Below, piece after piece: positions 29,544 through 39,984 of a stretch of DNA of 64,000 bases. Each line of letters opens with the position of its first letter. The stretch's first letter is position 1. Origin of the DNA: Algoriella sp. (GTDB lineage: Bacteria > Bacteroidota > Bacteroidia > Flavobacteriales > Weeksellaceae). A model generated the notes under the pieces. The model saw only the letters and a program-made list of their open reading frames with translations, searched no databases and was not told where the DNA came from. The stretch spans positions 19 to 64,018 of the forward strand of contig NZ_JAVXKG010000016.1 of assembly GCF_036647415.1 (NCBI RefSeq), read 5' to 3'. The translations under genes and the position numbers were made by a program.

Positions 29544-30704
29544 TTAAATTATTTGACCATTTTCAACTTTTATTATTCCGACCTCAAAAGTTGCTAACTG
29601 ATTTAGTAACGGATAATTTTTCTTAACTCCTTTATAAATCTGTTTTTCTGCGTCAATTTCCAAATGTCCAATAAATTTTCTTAAATCTCCTATTTCTATA
29701 ATCTTCGCAATTTGTTCTACCAGATTTAATTCTTCATTATATTCATCTTCAAAATAAATTCCTAAATCTATAATAGAAGAATTTTCTCCATTTTGAACAG
29801 AAACATTGTGTAAAATAATATCTAAATATTTTTGACCATTTTGTGGTATTGATAAATATTCATCAAACGGAAAATCAGTTTTTGTAGCAATTGAATAAAT
29901 TCCAGCAATAATGGCTAATGCATTGTATTTTCTTGTTTCATTTCGTTGATAATCATTTGGGAAATGCCCCGCTTCAAACAACACACAAGGATAACCCATT
30001 TTGGTGAAATTATCTCCGGTTGACATCGGATAAAACTCTGATGTATAGCGACCTACATAACCTGGAATTACTTTTTGTAATTCTGTATTCATCGCTTGGA
30101 TAATTCCCATTGTTTTTTGACGAACTTCGTTCACATCTTCTTCAACATTATAAGAAGGTGCTAAAAACGACAAAGTCGCTGGTTTAGAAGTTTGTCCGAC
30201 ATTAAAAATTGTACGTTGATCGTGTAAATTAAACAACGTTTGGTAATTTCCTTTTTCAATTTGATTCAATAATACATGAATTTCCGTCGATTCTTTTGCT
30301 AAAAAATCTCGGTTAATATCAATACCAATCGCATTTCTACGTGTATTGACATTTGAACCATCTGGATTTAACATCGGAATAAAATCAATTGTCAAATTGC
30401 TTAAAATAGTTTGAGCTAATTCAGAATTTTGTTCAAAAAAATTAATCACATCAAACATCGCACGCGTCCCAGAAGATTCGTTTCCATGCATTTGCGACCA
30501 AATTAATAATCGTTTTTCTCCAGTTCCGAAACTTAATTTATAAATTTCATTTCCTAAAAAAGACGTTCCAATTTGTTCTTTTTGAGTTGATTTTAAATTA
30601 AAATAACGATTTAATTCGTTAAAATTTAACCATTTAGAATCAAAACCTTCTTGTCTGAAAGTTGTGTAATCTTTATCTAATTGATGAATATCAAACATTA
30701 TCAA
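29544..30704 (-). CDS. M14 zinc carboxypeptidase family protein
   Basis: MHGNE, NPDG, DINRDF, LHDQ, LFEAGH. Confidence 0.88.
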   Translation of the reverse strand: MIMFDIHQLDKDYTTFRQEGFDSKWLNFNELNRYFNLKSTQKEQIGTSFLGNEIYKLSFGTGEKRLLIWSQMHGNESSGTRAMFDVINFFEQNSELAQTILSNLTIDFIPMLNPDGSNVNTRRNAIGIDINRDFLAKESTEIHVLLNQIEKGNYQTLFNLHDQRTIFNVGQTSKPATLSFLAPSYNVEEDVNEVRQKTMGIIQAMNTELQKVIPGYVGRYTSEFYPMSTGDNFTKMGYPCVLFEAGHFPNDYQRNETRKYNALAIIAGIYSIATKTDFPFDEYLSIPQNGQKYLDIILHNVSVQNGENSSIIDLGIYFEDEYNEELNLVEQIAKIIEIGDLRKFIGHLEIDAEKQIYKGVKKNYPLLNQLATFEVGIIKVENGQII

Positions 30705-30713
30705 TAAATTATA

Positions 30714-31838
30714 TTAAGAAATTAACTTCTTAAATGTTTTGCGTGCTTTGTGATTCACAGGTGAATATGCTTTCCATAAAACCTGAATACTTTCGTTATC
30801 GGCTAATTCTGGATTAGTTTCTAAAAAATCGATATTATTTCGGTGAAATGTGTCAAACATTGCACTAAAAATAAGTGCTGTAACACCTTTTCCTTGAAAT
30901 TTTGGATCTATTCCGATTAAATAAAACTGAGCAGAATCGTTCTTTTTACTTGCTTGTAACATGTGCCACCAACCAAAAGGAAACATTTTGCCTTTTGCTT
31001 TTTGCATTGCTTTAGAATACGATGGCATTATTATAGCAAAAGCTATCATTTTATTATTTTCGTCGACAATACAGTTTACAAAATCAGGATTGATATATGG
31101 AATATATTTCTTTTTATAATATTCTATCTGATAATCTGCGATTGGCACATAAGTATCTAAATTGCTGTATGTCTTGTCTAACAAATCAAACATTTCGTCA
31201 ACGTAAGGAATTATTTCTGCCGTTTTGGTAAATTTTAATTCTCTTAATTTGTAACGTTCGCGAATAATCTTGTTGAATTTTACGACTTTTTCTGGTAAAG
31301 TTTTTGGAGCAGGTAATTCATATTCTACCCATTCGTTCGCTTTTTCGAAACCTAAAGTTTCTAAATGCTGTGGATAATATGGAAAATTATATAAACCGAC
31401 CATTGTTGCTAATTTTTCAAACCCAAAAGTTAGCATTCCTGCTTTTTCAAGATTAGAAAAACCAACAGGACCTTCAATATATTCTAACTTATTTTCTTTT
31501 CCTATTTCTTCTACTTTAGCCAAAAGTGCCTTTGTTACCTCGATATCATCAATCATATCAAACCATCCAAAACGCATTTTTTTCTTCTCTTGACCATTTA
31601 CTTCTTGCCAATTGATAATTGCTGCTATACGACCAACAATTTTTCCATCTTTTTCAGCTAAAAAATAACGTGCTTCAGCATCTTTAAAAACGGGATTTTT
31701 AGAAACATCTAATGTTTCTTTCTCCTCATTAATAAAGGGTGGAACATAATATTGATTATCCTTATACAAGTTCATCGGAAACTTAATGAATGTTTCCAAA
31801 TCTTGTTTTGATTCTACTTCTTTTATACGAATACTCAT
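30714..31838 (-). CDS. GNAT-fold acetyltransferase (YghO-like)
   Basis: FIKFPMNLY, VGRIAAIIN, RFGWFD, YLIGIDPKFQGKG; start MSIRIKE at 31838 (track start 31991 is too long). Confidence 0.8.
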   Translation of the reverse strand: MSIRIKEVESKQDLETFIKFPMNLYKDNQYYVPPFINEEKETLDVSKNPVFKDAEARYFLAEKDGKIVGRIAAIINWQEVNGQEKKKMRFGWFDMIDDIEVTKALLAKVEEIGKENKLEYIEGPVGFSNLEKAGMLTFGFEKLATMVGLYNFPYYPQHLETLGFEKANEWVEYELPAPKTLPEKVVKFNKIIRERYKLRELKFTKTAEIIPYVDEMFDLLDKTYSNLDTYVPIADYQIEYYKKKYIPYINPDFVNCIVDENNKMIAFAIIMPSYSKAMQKAKGKMFPFGWWHMLQASKKNDSAQFYLIGIDPKFQGKGVTALIFSAMFDTFHRNNIDFLETNPELADNESIQVLWKAYSPVNHKARKTFKKLIS

Positions 31839-31844
31839 AGTTTG

Positions 31845-31852
31845 CAAATGTA
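31845..31852 (-). promoter_or_regulatory. -7 promoter box for the GNAT gene
   Basis: TACATTTG 6 nt before the ATG. Confidence 0.55.
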
Positions 31853-32033
31853 GTAAGTTTTGAAATTTTCTGTATAAAAATGTCAGGATTAATATTTTTT
31901 TTTGATGATAAAAAACAGAACTCTGACATTCGCTCATCAAATTATGTATTTTTGTCTTAAAGAGTATTGTGGAATACTTTTTGAAATTCAATTAATAACT
32001 TAATAAATAATAAATTTAAAACTTATATATAAA

Positions 32034-32726
32034 ATGACAGGATATTACATAATTATTGGTCTATTCATGCTAATTAGTTGGTTTGTTGGTAACAAACTAA
32101 AAAGTAAATTTAGGCATTATTCGAAAGTTTTTTTAGCCAACGGAATGAGTGGACGAGAAATTGCTGAGAAAATGCTTGCTGATAATGGTATAAATGATGT
32201 TCGTGTAATTTCTACTCCAGGACAATTAACGGATCATTACAATCCTGCCGATAAAACAGTTAATCTATCTGATGTTGTTTATAACGAAAGAAATGCAGCT
32301 GCGGCAGCTGTTGCGGCTCATGAAGTAGGACACGCAGTACAACATGCAGTGGGTTATAATATGTTACAATTTCGATCAAAAATGGTTCCGATGGTTAATT
32401 TAGCTTCGCGATTAAATCAATGGATTTTGATGTTAGGTTTGATTGTAATGGCGTCGTCTAAAAATGCAACTTTATTGTGGATTGGGATTTTCTTATTTGC
32501 TGTAACTACGGCATTTGCTTTTATCACTTTACCAGTAGAATATGATGCATCGAACAGAGCTTTGGCTTGGTTAAAAGGAAGTAACATGGTTTTACCAAAT
32601 GAGTATGATGGTGCAAAAGACTCTTTAAAATGGGCTGCACGTACTTATGTTGTTGCTGCAATTGGTTCTTTAGCTCAGTTATTATACTTTGTGATGATGG
32701 CAATGGGTGGAAGAAAAAGTGAATAA
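32034..32726 (+). CDS. Membrane zinc metallopeptidase (YugP-like)
   Basis: LTDHYNP, AHEVGHA, TLPVEYDAS, AARTYV. Confidence 0.9.
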   Translation: MTGYYIIIGLFMLISWFVGNKLKSKFRHYSKVFLANGMSGREIAEKMLADNGINDVRVISTPGQLTDHYNPADKTVNLSDVVYNERNAAAAAVAAHEVGHAVQHAVGYNMLQFRSKMVPMVNLASRLNQWILMLGLIVMASSKNATLLWIGIFLFAVTTAFAFITLPVEYDASNRALAWLKGSNMVLPNEYDGAKDSLKWAARTYVVAAIGSLAQLLYFVMMAMGGRKSE

Positions 32727-32751
32727 ATTGGATTCTAATTTTAAAATATAC

Positions 32752-32781
32752 AACCTTGTTTAATTCATTTTAAACAAGGTT
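32752..32781. terminator. Terminator
   Basis: AACCTTGTTTA...TAAACAAGGTT followed by a T-run. Confidence 0.8.
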
Positions 32782-32905
32782 TTTTTATCTATGATAAATA
32801 CTACTTATGATCAAAATATGTTAGAGCATATATTTGTTAATTAAATCTTAAAATAATATTATAAATAATTTGTATTTTTGTTAACTTATTCAAATAAAGT
32901 TAAAA

Positions 32906-34516
32906 ATGCACCACAATCTACTACTCATCCTTGGTTTGCTATTTGCTGTTTTATTATTAGTAATGTTAGCCAAGTACATTAAAGTTGCTTATCCTATTTT
33001 TTTGGTAATAGCAGGTTTAGGAATAAATTTTATACCTGGAACACCAGTTTTACACCTCGATCCGGATTTAATCTTCTTAATATTTTTACCACCACTACTT
33101 TACGAAGCTGCTTGGTATACATCTTGGAATGATTTCTGGAAATGGAAACGACCTATTGCCTTATTTGCATTTGGTTTAGTCTTCTTCACCTCTACAGTAA
33201 TTGCTTACACATCATCTGCATTAATTCCTGGTTTTACACTAGCGCTTGGATTTTTATTGGGTGGTATTGTTTCTCCACCAGACGCAGTTGCCGCAGCAAC
33301 AGTAATGAAAGGTTTGGGCGTACCAAAAAGATTTATGACAATTTTAGAAGGAGAAAGTTTAGTAAATGATGCCTCTTCATTAATTGTTTTCAAATTTGCT
33401 TTGGCCGCCATATTAACAGGTACATTCTCTATGCAAGAAGCTACTGGACAATTCTTTTTAGTTGCAGGAATGGGAGTTGTAATTGGTATTGCAGGAGCAC
33501 ATATTATTTATTTTATTCACCGATTTTTACCAACCACTCCAGCTATTGATGCAACATTGACTGTAATGACACCTTATTTACTTTTTCTAGCTGCAGAACA
33601 ATTTCATTTTTCAGGAGTTATGGCCGTTGTAAGTGGTGGATTATTCATTTCTTATCGCTCGCATGAAATTTTCAAAACAGGTAGTACCCGTCTTAATATG
33701 TTAGGAGTTTGGACAACTTTAATATTTGTAATGAATGCGTTAGTATTTATTTTGATTGGATTAGAGTTACCAGAAATAATTGCAGGATTAGGTAAATACT
33801 CGATAGAAGAAGCAATAAAATACGGATTAATTATTAGTTTTATTACAATAATTTTACGATTTATTTGGGTGTATATTTCTACTCATATATCTCGTTGGTT
33901 AAGTCCGAAAGCAAGAAAAGAACCTGCACCAGGATGGAAAGGTTTATTAATCCTAAGTTGGTCTGGTATGCGAGGAGTTGTATCATTAGCAACAGCATTA
34001 TCTATTCCAATGATGATGACTGATAACACAACAGCTTTTCCACAAAGAAATTTAATTATTTTTATAACATTTGTTGTTATTTTTATCACTCTTGTTGTTC
34101 AAGGATTATCATTACCATATTTACTTAAAATAATTAAGATAAAAGAAGTAGACCATATAATTCCTTCGGATAGACAACAGTTGGATATACAATTAAGATT
34201 AGACAATTTAGCTCTTTCTATTATAAACGATAAATACGAGAATAAAATAAACGAGAATCATCTTGTCAAATTATTCAAAGCAAACATAGAAAATACGGTT
34301 GAAAACTCTGTAGAAGGTTTAAATTCTTTGAAAGCAAAAGAAGCAAAACACAACAATGTTCTAGAGTTTCATCAAATCCTATTAGATATTTATGGCTTGC
34401 AAAGAAAAGAGTTGTTTAAATTTCGAAAAGAAAACAGTTTTAGTGATGAAGAAATTAGAAAATCTGAATTACAGCTTGATCTTAATGAATTAAAAATCAC
34501 AAGTAGAGAAGATTAA
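32906..34516 (+). CDS. Na+/H+ antiporter (CPA1)
   Basis: FLPPLLY, SPPDAVA, ILEGESLVNDA, GMRGVVSLA. Confidence 0.92.
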   Translation: MHHNLLLILGLLFAVLLLVMLAKYIKVAYPIFLVIAGLGINFIPGTPVLHLDPDLIFLIFLPPLLYEAAWYTSWNDFWKWKRPIALFAFGLVFFTSTVIAYTSSALIPGFTLALGFLLGGIVSPPDAVAAATVMKGLGVPKRFMTILEGESLVNDASSLIVFKFALAAILTGTFSMQEATGQFFLVAGMGVVIGIAGAHIIYFIHRFLPTTPAIDATLTVMTPYLLFLAAEQFHFSGVMAVVSGGLFISYRSHEIFKTGSTRLNMLGVWTTLIFVMNALVFILIGLELPEIIAGLGKYSIEEAIKYGLIISFITIILRFIWVYISTHISRWLSPKARKEPAPGWKGLLILSWSGMRGVVSLATALSIPMMMTDNTTAFPQRNLIIFITFVVIFITLVVQGLSLPYLLKIIKIKEVDHIIPSDRQQLDIQLRLDNLALSIINDKYENKINENHLVKLFKANIENTVENSVEGLNSLKAKEAKHNNVLEFHQILLDIYGLQRKELFKFRKENSFSDEEIRKSELQLDLNELKITSRED

Positions 34517-34588
34517 TCTAATCATAGTTTCTTAAATTTCTAAAAAGAAAAACGGTAACTTTATGATATAATCTTAAAATTACTACTC

Positions 34589-35236
34589 ATGTCAAACGAA
34601 AAAAAAGTTGCCATAATTGGCGTAGGTAACATTGGTACCGCAATTGCTACAAATACAGTAAAAGGAAATCGTCCTGTGATACTTGCAAGTAGAAAACTTG
34701 AAGATGCAGAAGCTCTTTCTAATAAATTAGGAGATTTAGCTACAGCCGCAGAAATTCCTGATGCAATAAACCAAGCAGATATTGTTGTTGTCGCAGTTTG
34801 GTTTAATTCAATTCAAGAAGTATTCACAACGTATGAAAAGGAATTGGAGGGTAAAATAATTATTGATCCATCAAATGCTATAGCGGTTGATGATAAAGGA
34901 AATGTGACAAAAACAATTCCTGATAATGAATCTGCTGGACAAATAAATGCACAAAACTTGCCTAAAAATGCAACTTTAGTAAAAGCTATGGGTAGTTTAT
35001 CAGCACATAGTTTAGCTACGGCATCATTTCAACAACCAAATGAAGCTGTTCTTTTTTATGCGACAGATAATACTGATATTGATACTGATGTAGAAAAATT
35101 TATCCATGACAATGGTTATGAAGCTTTACGAGTTGGGAAATTAGATCAATCAAGAAGAATTGAAGTTTTAGGAGATTTGAATGAATTTTCAATCAAAAAA
35201 ACGGTTGATTTAGATGAAGCAAAAACTAAAATTTAA
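34589..35236 (+). CDS. NADP oxidoreductase (F420-dependent family)
   Basis: IIGVGNIG, IIIDPSNA, LVKAMGSL. Confidence 0.8.
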   Translation: MSNEKKVAIIGVGNIGTAIATNTVKGNRPVILASRKLEDAEALSNKLGDLATAAEIPDAINQADIVVVAVWFNSIQEVFTTYEKELEGKIIIDPSNAIAVDDKGNVTKTIPDNESAGQINAQNLPKNATLVKAMGSLSAHSLATASFQQPNEAVLFYATDNTDIDTDVEKFIHDNGYEALRVGKLDQSRRIEVLGDLNEFSIKKTVDLDEAKTKI

Positions 35237-35250
35237 GACATAATTTCATT

Positions 35251-35278
35251 AAAAAACCTCGCAATTGCGAGGTTTTTT
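35251..35278. terminator. Bidirectional terminator
   Basis: Perfect palindrome AAAAAACCTCGCAATTGCGAGGTTTTTT. Confidence 0.88.
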
Positions 35279-35287
35279 AATCAAATA

Positions 35288-37063
35288 TTATTTTATGTCG
35301 TATAATTTATTGAATAAATCAATATATTTCGCCATCACATTTTTACGTTTCAATTTTAATGTTGGAGTTAACAAACCATCATCTATTGTCCATTCTTCGG
35401 GCGTTAATTCAAACTTTTTTATTTGCTCCCAATGTCCAAGACCTTGATTCATTTTTTCAATTTCTCTCCCTATAATATCTAAAATAGCAGGTTCTTTTAT
35501 TAAATCTGCATTTGAAGCAGGCTCTGAAATTCCTTTTATTTTAATATAATCTTTCAATACTTGAAAGTTTGGCTGAATGATAGCGCAAGGCATTTTTTGA
35601 CCTTCTCCAACTACCATTATTTGTTCTATAAAACGAGATTGTTTAAACTTATTTTCAATCACTTGAGGTGCAATATATTTACCTCCAGATGTTTTAAAAA
35701 TTTCTTTTTTGCGATCAGTTATTTTCAATAATCCGTTTTGTAAAACACCAATATCACCCGTTTTGAAATATCCATCTGGCGTAAAAGCCTCTGCAGTTTT
35801 CTCTGGATCTTTATAATATCCTGATGTTACATTTGGACCTTTAACCAAAATTTCACCATCTTCTGCAATTTTAACATCAATTCCTTTTAATGGTGCACCA
35901 ACAGTTCCAATTCCGAAACCACTTTTACTCATCGAGTTTACAGAAATAACGGGAGAAGTTTCTGTTAATCCATAACCTTCTAAAATTGGAATTCCTGCTC
36001 CCCAAAAAATATGATTAAGTCTTCCTGCAAGGGGTGCAGAACCAGAAACCATACACACAAGATTTCCTCCTACTCCTTCTTTCCATTTACTGAATACTAA
36101 TTTTGATGCAATGGCATGTTTCAAAGAGAATAATCCTCCTTTCTGATTATATGGATCATAATCTTCTACAAGACTAAGTGCCCACATAAAAATTTTAGTT
36201 TTCATACCTCCAGCTGAAGCTCCAGTATTGTATATTTTATCGTAAACTTTTTCTACTAAACGAGGTACAACCGTCATTACATGTGGTTTTACTTCCTTCA
36301 TATTATCACCGAGTTTTTCAATACTTTCTGCATACCAAATTCCTATATTAAGATATTGATACAGATAAATTAGCATACGTTCGAAAACGTGATTGATTGG
36401 TAAAAAACTTAGTGCAATTGGTTGATGAGGAAATTCTGGAATACGATCGACAGACATCAAAACATCCGAAACAATATTTTCATGCGTTAAGATTACACCT
36501 TTAGGACGACCCGTTGTACCAGAAGTGTAAATAAGCGTCACCATGTCACTTGGTTTAATAATATCTTTTATATTATCTAGTTCGTGTTGTGTGGAGTTAT
36601 CTGCTCCTAAATCTAAAATTTCTTTATAGTTTGGAACACCTGGAATTTCATCGAAACTATAAATTCCAACTAAAGTAGAAACCTTATCCTTTACCTTTGC
36701 AATTGTATCATACAATCCTTTATCAGATACAATGATAAATTTACTTTCCGCATCGTTTAGGATATATTCAAAATCTTCTTCGGATAACGTTGGATAAAGT
36801 GGAACACTAATAGCTCCTACTTGCTGTATACCAATGTCACAAACATTCCATTCTGTACGATTTGATGAAGTAACTATTGCTATTTTATCTTGTGGTTTTA
36901 TTCCTAATTTTAATAATCCTCGACTAAATGCATTAGCCATACCCACGTATTCTTGTGTTGAAGTTTTAACCCAAGTACCGTTTACTTTAGACACCAATGC
37001 ATCTTCTCGAGGATTAGTTTGTAATTGATTTTGAGGAAAATCAAATAAACGTTTTATTATCAT
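35288..37063 (-). CDS. fadD: Long-chain fatty acid-CoA ligase
   Basis: YTSGTTGRPKG, EGYGLTET, FKTGDIG, DRKK. Confidence 0.93.
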   Translation of the reverse strand: MIIKRLFDFPQNQLQTNPREDALVSKVNGTWVKTSTQEYVGMANAFSRGLLKLGIKPQDKIAIVTSSNRTEWNVCDIGIQQVGAISVPLYPTLSEEDFEYILNDAESKFIIVSDKGLYDTIAKVKDKVSTLVGIYSFDEIPGVPNYKEILDLGADNSTQHELDNIKDIIKPSDMVTLIYTSGTTGRPKGVILTHENIVSDVLMSVDRIPEFPHQPIALSFLPINHVFERMLIYLYQYLNIGIWYAESIEKLGDNMKEVKPHVMTVVPRLVEKVYDKIYNTGASAGGMKTKIFMWALSLVEDYDPYNQKGGLFSLKHAIASKLVFSKWKEGVGGNLVCMVSGSAPLAGRLNHIFWGAGIPILEGYGLTETSPVISVNSMSKSGFGIGTVGAPLKGIDVKIAEDGEILVKGPNVTSGYYKDPEKTAEAFTPDGYFKTGDIGVLQNGLLKITDRKKEIFKTSGGKYIAPQVIENKFKQSRFIEQIMVVGEGQKMPCAIIQPNFQVLKDYIKIKGISEPASNADLIKEPAILDIIGREIEKMNQGLGHWEQIKKFELTPEEWTIDDGLLTPTLKLKRKNVMAKYIDLFNKLYDIK

Positions 37064-37183
37064 GGTTTTAAATAATTTAGTTGTTGCAAAATATAAAAAA
37101 TAAATTTATAATGCAAGCATAAAAAATTATTTTAGTGTAAATATTACACCGATAAAAAACCATTTATTTTATTAAATCAAGAA

Positions 37184-37420
37184 CTATTCTTCTTCTCCTA
37201 ATTCTCCCATTTCTTGATCATAGAAATCTAAAGCATCTTCTATTAGATTTGCTATTTCTGTGTTAAACTCTTCGTTATCTTCTTCTTCAGAAATATCTTC
37301 AAACCACTCAATATCATCAGTTTCTACATCTAATAAAAAACGAGGATATTCTGTGTGTAAAATAAAGATTTTGTTTGGCATTGTTGAATTGTCTGCCAAT
37401 AAAAATTTTGGTAATTCCAT
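37184..37420 (-). CDS. Small acidic hypothetical protein
   Basis: 78 aa, MELPKFLLADNS..HTEYPRF. Confidence 0.7.
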   Translation of the reverse strand: MELPKFLLADNSTMPNKIFILHTEYPRFLLDVETDDIEWFEDISEEEDNEEFNTEIANLIEDALDFYDQEMGELGEEE

Positions 37421-37422
37421 TT

Positions 37423-38868
37423 TTATATGTTTTTTAATTTATCTTCTAAAATTATATCAGATTGAGGATTTTCTCTAATAAGTTTCTTTGTTTGTTGATT
37501 GTATCTAATCAATAAAAATATTGCCGAAGCTGTTAATCCTATTCCTAAACCAATCCACATTCCAAATGCACGCATTTCGAATACCAAAGCCAAAGTAACA
37601 CCAATTGGAATAGCAATCAACCAATAAGAAATAAAGGTTAAAATAGACGGAATTTTAACATCCGTCATTCCTCTTAATGCACCTAGTAATACCAACTGTA
37701 TACCATCGGACATCTGAAAAAACGAAGCAATGATTAGCAATTGTGCCGAAAGATTTATTACATCTTGATTGTCTAAATATATTGTTGGTAATTGATATCT
37801 AAATGCAATGAATAAAATTCCACACAATATCATAAAAGCAGTTACCATCATAATACATGACCAACCAGCTTCTCGTAATGTTTTATAATCTCTTAAACCT
37901 AATTGATTTCCAATTCTTACAGTTGCTGCAACTCCTATTCCAGTACACATCATAAACGTTGTAGAGGCTAAGTTAATTGCAATTTGATGCGCAGCTAAAT
38001 TTACTTTTGCTAATTCTTGATCTGCGATAGAATTTGTAAATGTATAACCACAAACAAAGGCTGCTAAAGAAAAAGCACTCATTTCGAAGAAAGACGTTAA
38101 AGCTGTCGGAATTCCAATACTTGTTATTTTTTTGAAAATTATTTTCTGAAAATTCTTAAACTGAACCTTTTCTAAAACCGATCTAGTTTTCTTAAAATTC
38201 CATAGTACAATCACCAAGAAAATCATCATCACCATACGAGCAACAAAAGTTCCCCAAGCTGCACCAGCAACTTCTAAACGAGGAAATCCCCAATTTCCAT
38301 AAATCCATCCATAATTCAACGTAATATTAACAACATTACTTAAAACCGTAGCAATTGTAACTGGAATTGTTAACGACAATCCCTCTGATAATTGGCGAAA
38401 TGATTGAAAAATCATTAAAGGAATCATAGAAAAAGTCATAATTGTAAGATAAGGAATACATTTTTCTACAACATCTGCTGGTTGTCCCATATAAAACATC
38501 AATGGTTTCAGGAACGTAATCAATAGAAATAAACATATAGATAACGTTACATTTAACACCAAACTGTGCGAAAAATAAGTTGCTGCCATTTTCTTATTCC
38601 CTTTAGAGTCTTCTGCGGCAATCAAAGGTGAAAGGGCGAAACTAAAACCAAAAGCAAAAACTAATATTGCAAAAAACAACGAATTTCCCAAAGAAGCCGC
38701 TGCTAAAGAAGTTTTACCAAGTACTTCGTCCTGTATATTATCATATTTTCCACCTAAGCCACCAACCATAATATTATCTATAATGTTAACAGAAATCTGC
38801 CCCATTTGGGTAATCATTACGGGTAATGCTAATACTATATTTCGTCTTAAATGCTCTCTTATTTCCAA
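37423..38868 (-). CDS. MATE family efflux transporter
   Basis: LALPVMITQ, DNIMVG, AATVRIGNQLG, DGIQ..GALRG; TTG at 38868 preferred (TATTTTTG box at 38888-38895). Confidence 0.92.
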   Translation of the reverse strand: MEIREHLRRNIVLALPVMITQMGQISVNIIDNIMVGGLGGKYDNIQDEVLGKTSLAAASLGNSLFFAILVFAFGFSFALSPLIAAEDSKGNKKMAATYFSHSLVLNVTLSICLFLLITFLKPLMFYMGQPADVVEKCIPYLTIMTFSMIPLMIFQSFRQLSEGLSLTIPVTIATVLSNVVNITLNYGWIYGNWGFPRLEVAGAAWGTFVARMVMMIFLVIVLWNFKKTRSVLEKVQFKNFQKIIFKKITSIGIPTALTSFFEMSAFSLAAFVCGYTFTNSIADQELAKVNLAAHQIAINLASTTFMMCTGIGVAATVRIGNQLGLRDYKTLREAGWSCIMMVTAFMILCGILFIAFRYQLPTIYLDNQDVINLSAQLLIIASFFQMSDGIQLVLLGALRGMTDVKIPSILTFISYWLIAIPIGVTLALVFEMRAFGMWIGLGIGLTASAIFLLIRYNQQTKKLIRENPQSDIILEDKLKNI

Positions 38869-39010
38869 TTCAAAAAATTTTATAATGCAAAAATACATCA
38901 AATGTTTTGCATCATCATTTAGAAAATGTAAAGGAATTTTTATTTCCTAAAATTCTATTTTATTTTTATCCTTATCTTGCATCAATAACCAACGTTAGAA
39001 AATTTAATAA

Positions 39011-39976
39011 ATGACAATACAAGAGTTTAAAAATAGTTTAGATTTACCTTTGATTACATCGCCAATGTTTTTGGTTTCTCGTACTGAATTGGTAGTAGAA
39101 GCATGTAAAAATGGTGTTTGTGGAACTTTTCCTTCTTTGAATGGACGAAAAGTAGAAGATTTTGAACAAATGCTAATTGATATTACAACTCAATTAAACC
39201 AATTTGAACAAGAAACAGGTAAAAAACCAGCTCCATTTGGTGTAAATCTTATTGTAAATAGAACAAATCCACGTGTACAAACAGATTTAGCTTTATGTAT
39301 AAAATATAAAGTGCCTGTAATTATTACATCTTTGGGCGCTGTAAAAGAATTGGTAGATGCTGTACACAGTTATGGTGGATTGGTATTTCACGATGTCATA
39401 AAAAAACGACACGCTGAGAAAGCTGCTGAGGCTGGTGTAGACGGAATTATTGCGGTTGCTTCTGGTGCTGGTGGACATGCCGGAACTGCAAATCCTTTTG
39501 CTTTGATTGATGAAATTCGTACTTTTTATGATGGATGTTTAATATTAGCTGGTGCCATGAATAACGGAAACGATATATTGGCTGCCGAAACAATGGGTGC
39601 AGATTTTGCCTATATCGGAACTAGATTTATTGCTACAAAAGAAGGTTCTGCCGAACAAGATTACAAAGAAATGTTGGTTGATTCTACTTTTGAAGATGTA
39701 ATTTATACAGACGGAATTTCTGGTGTAAATGCAAATTTCTTGAAACCAAGTATTATTCATTCTGGTATTGATTTGAATGAAAAAAAGGAGGAAGATTTTG
39801 CCGAATTAATTGGTGATGAAGGCCACAAAGCATGGAAAGACATTTGGTCTGCTGGGCATGGTGTTTCTGGTATTCACGATATTCCAACAACGGCAGAATT
39901 AATTACTCGTATGAAAAATGAATATAAAACTGCACTAGAAAAACATGTGCAAGTCTTAAATAATTTGAAATTTTAA
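39011..39976 (+). CDS. Nitronate monooxygenase family protein
   Basis: SPMFLVS, GAGGHAG, AYIGTRFIAT, WSAGHGV. Confidence 0.9.
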   Translation: MTIQEFKNSLDLPLITSPMFLVSRTELVVEACKNGVCGTFPSLNGRKVEDFEQMLIDITTQLNQFEQETGKKPAPFGVNLIVNRTNPRVQTDLALCIKYKVPVIITSLGAVKELVDAVHSYGGLVFHDVIKKRHAEKAAEAGVDGIIAVASGAGGHAGTANPFALIDEIRTFYDGCLILAGAMNNGNDILAAETMGADFAYIGTRFIATKEGSAEQDYKEMLVDSTFEDVIYTDGISGVNANFLKPSIIHSGIDLNEKKEEDFAELIGDEGHKAWKDIWSAGHGVSGIHDIPTTAELITRMKNEYKTALEKHVQVLNNLKF

Positions 39977-39984
39977 TCAAATAA

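Noticed and set aside
31839-31991. 51-codon N-terminal extension of the GNAT ORF (similar extensions on porX, lpxD, HD, MATE)
   Set aside because: Extensions overlap TAnnTTTG promoter boxes and look non-coding
35265-35447. ORF spanning the terminator opposite fadD
   Set aside because: Antisense to fadD and crosses a bidirectional terminator
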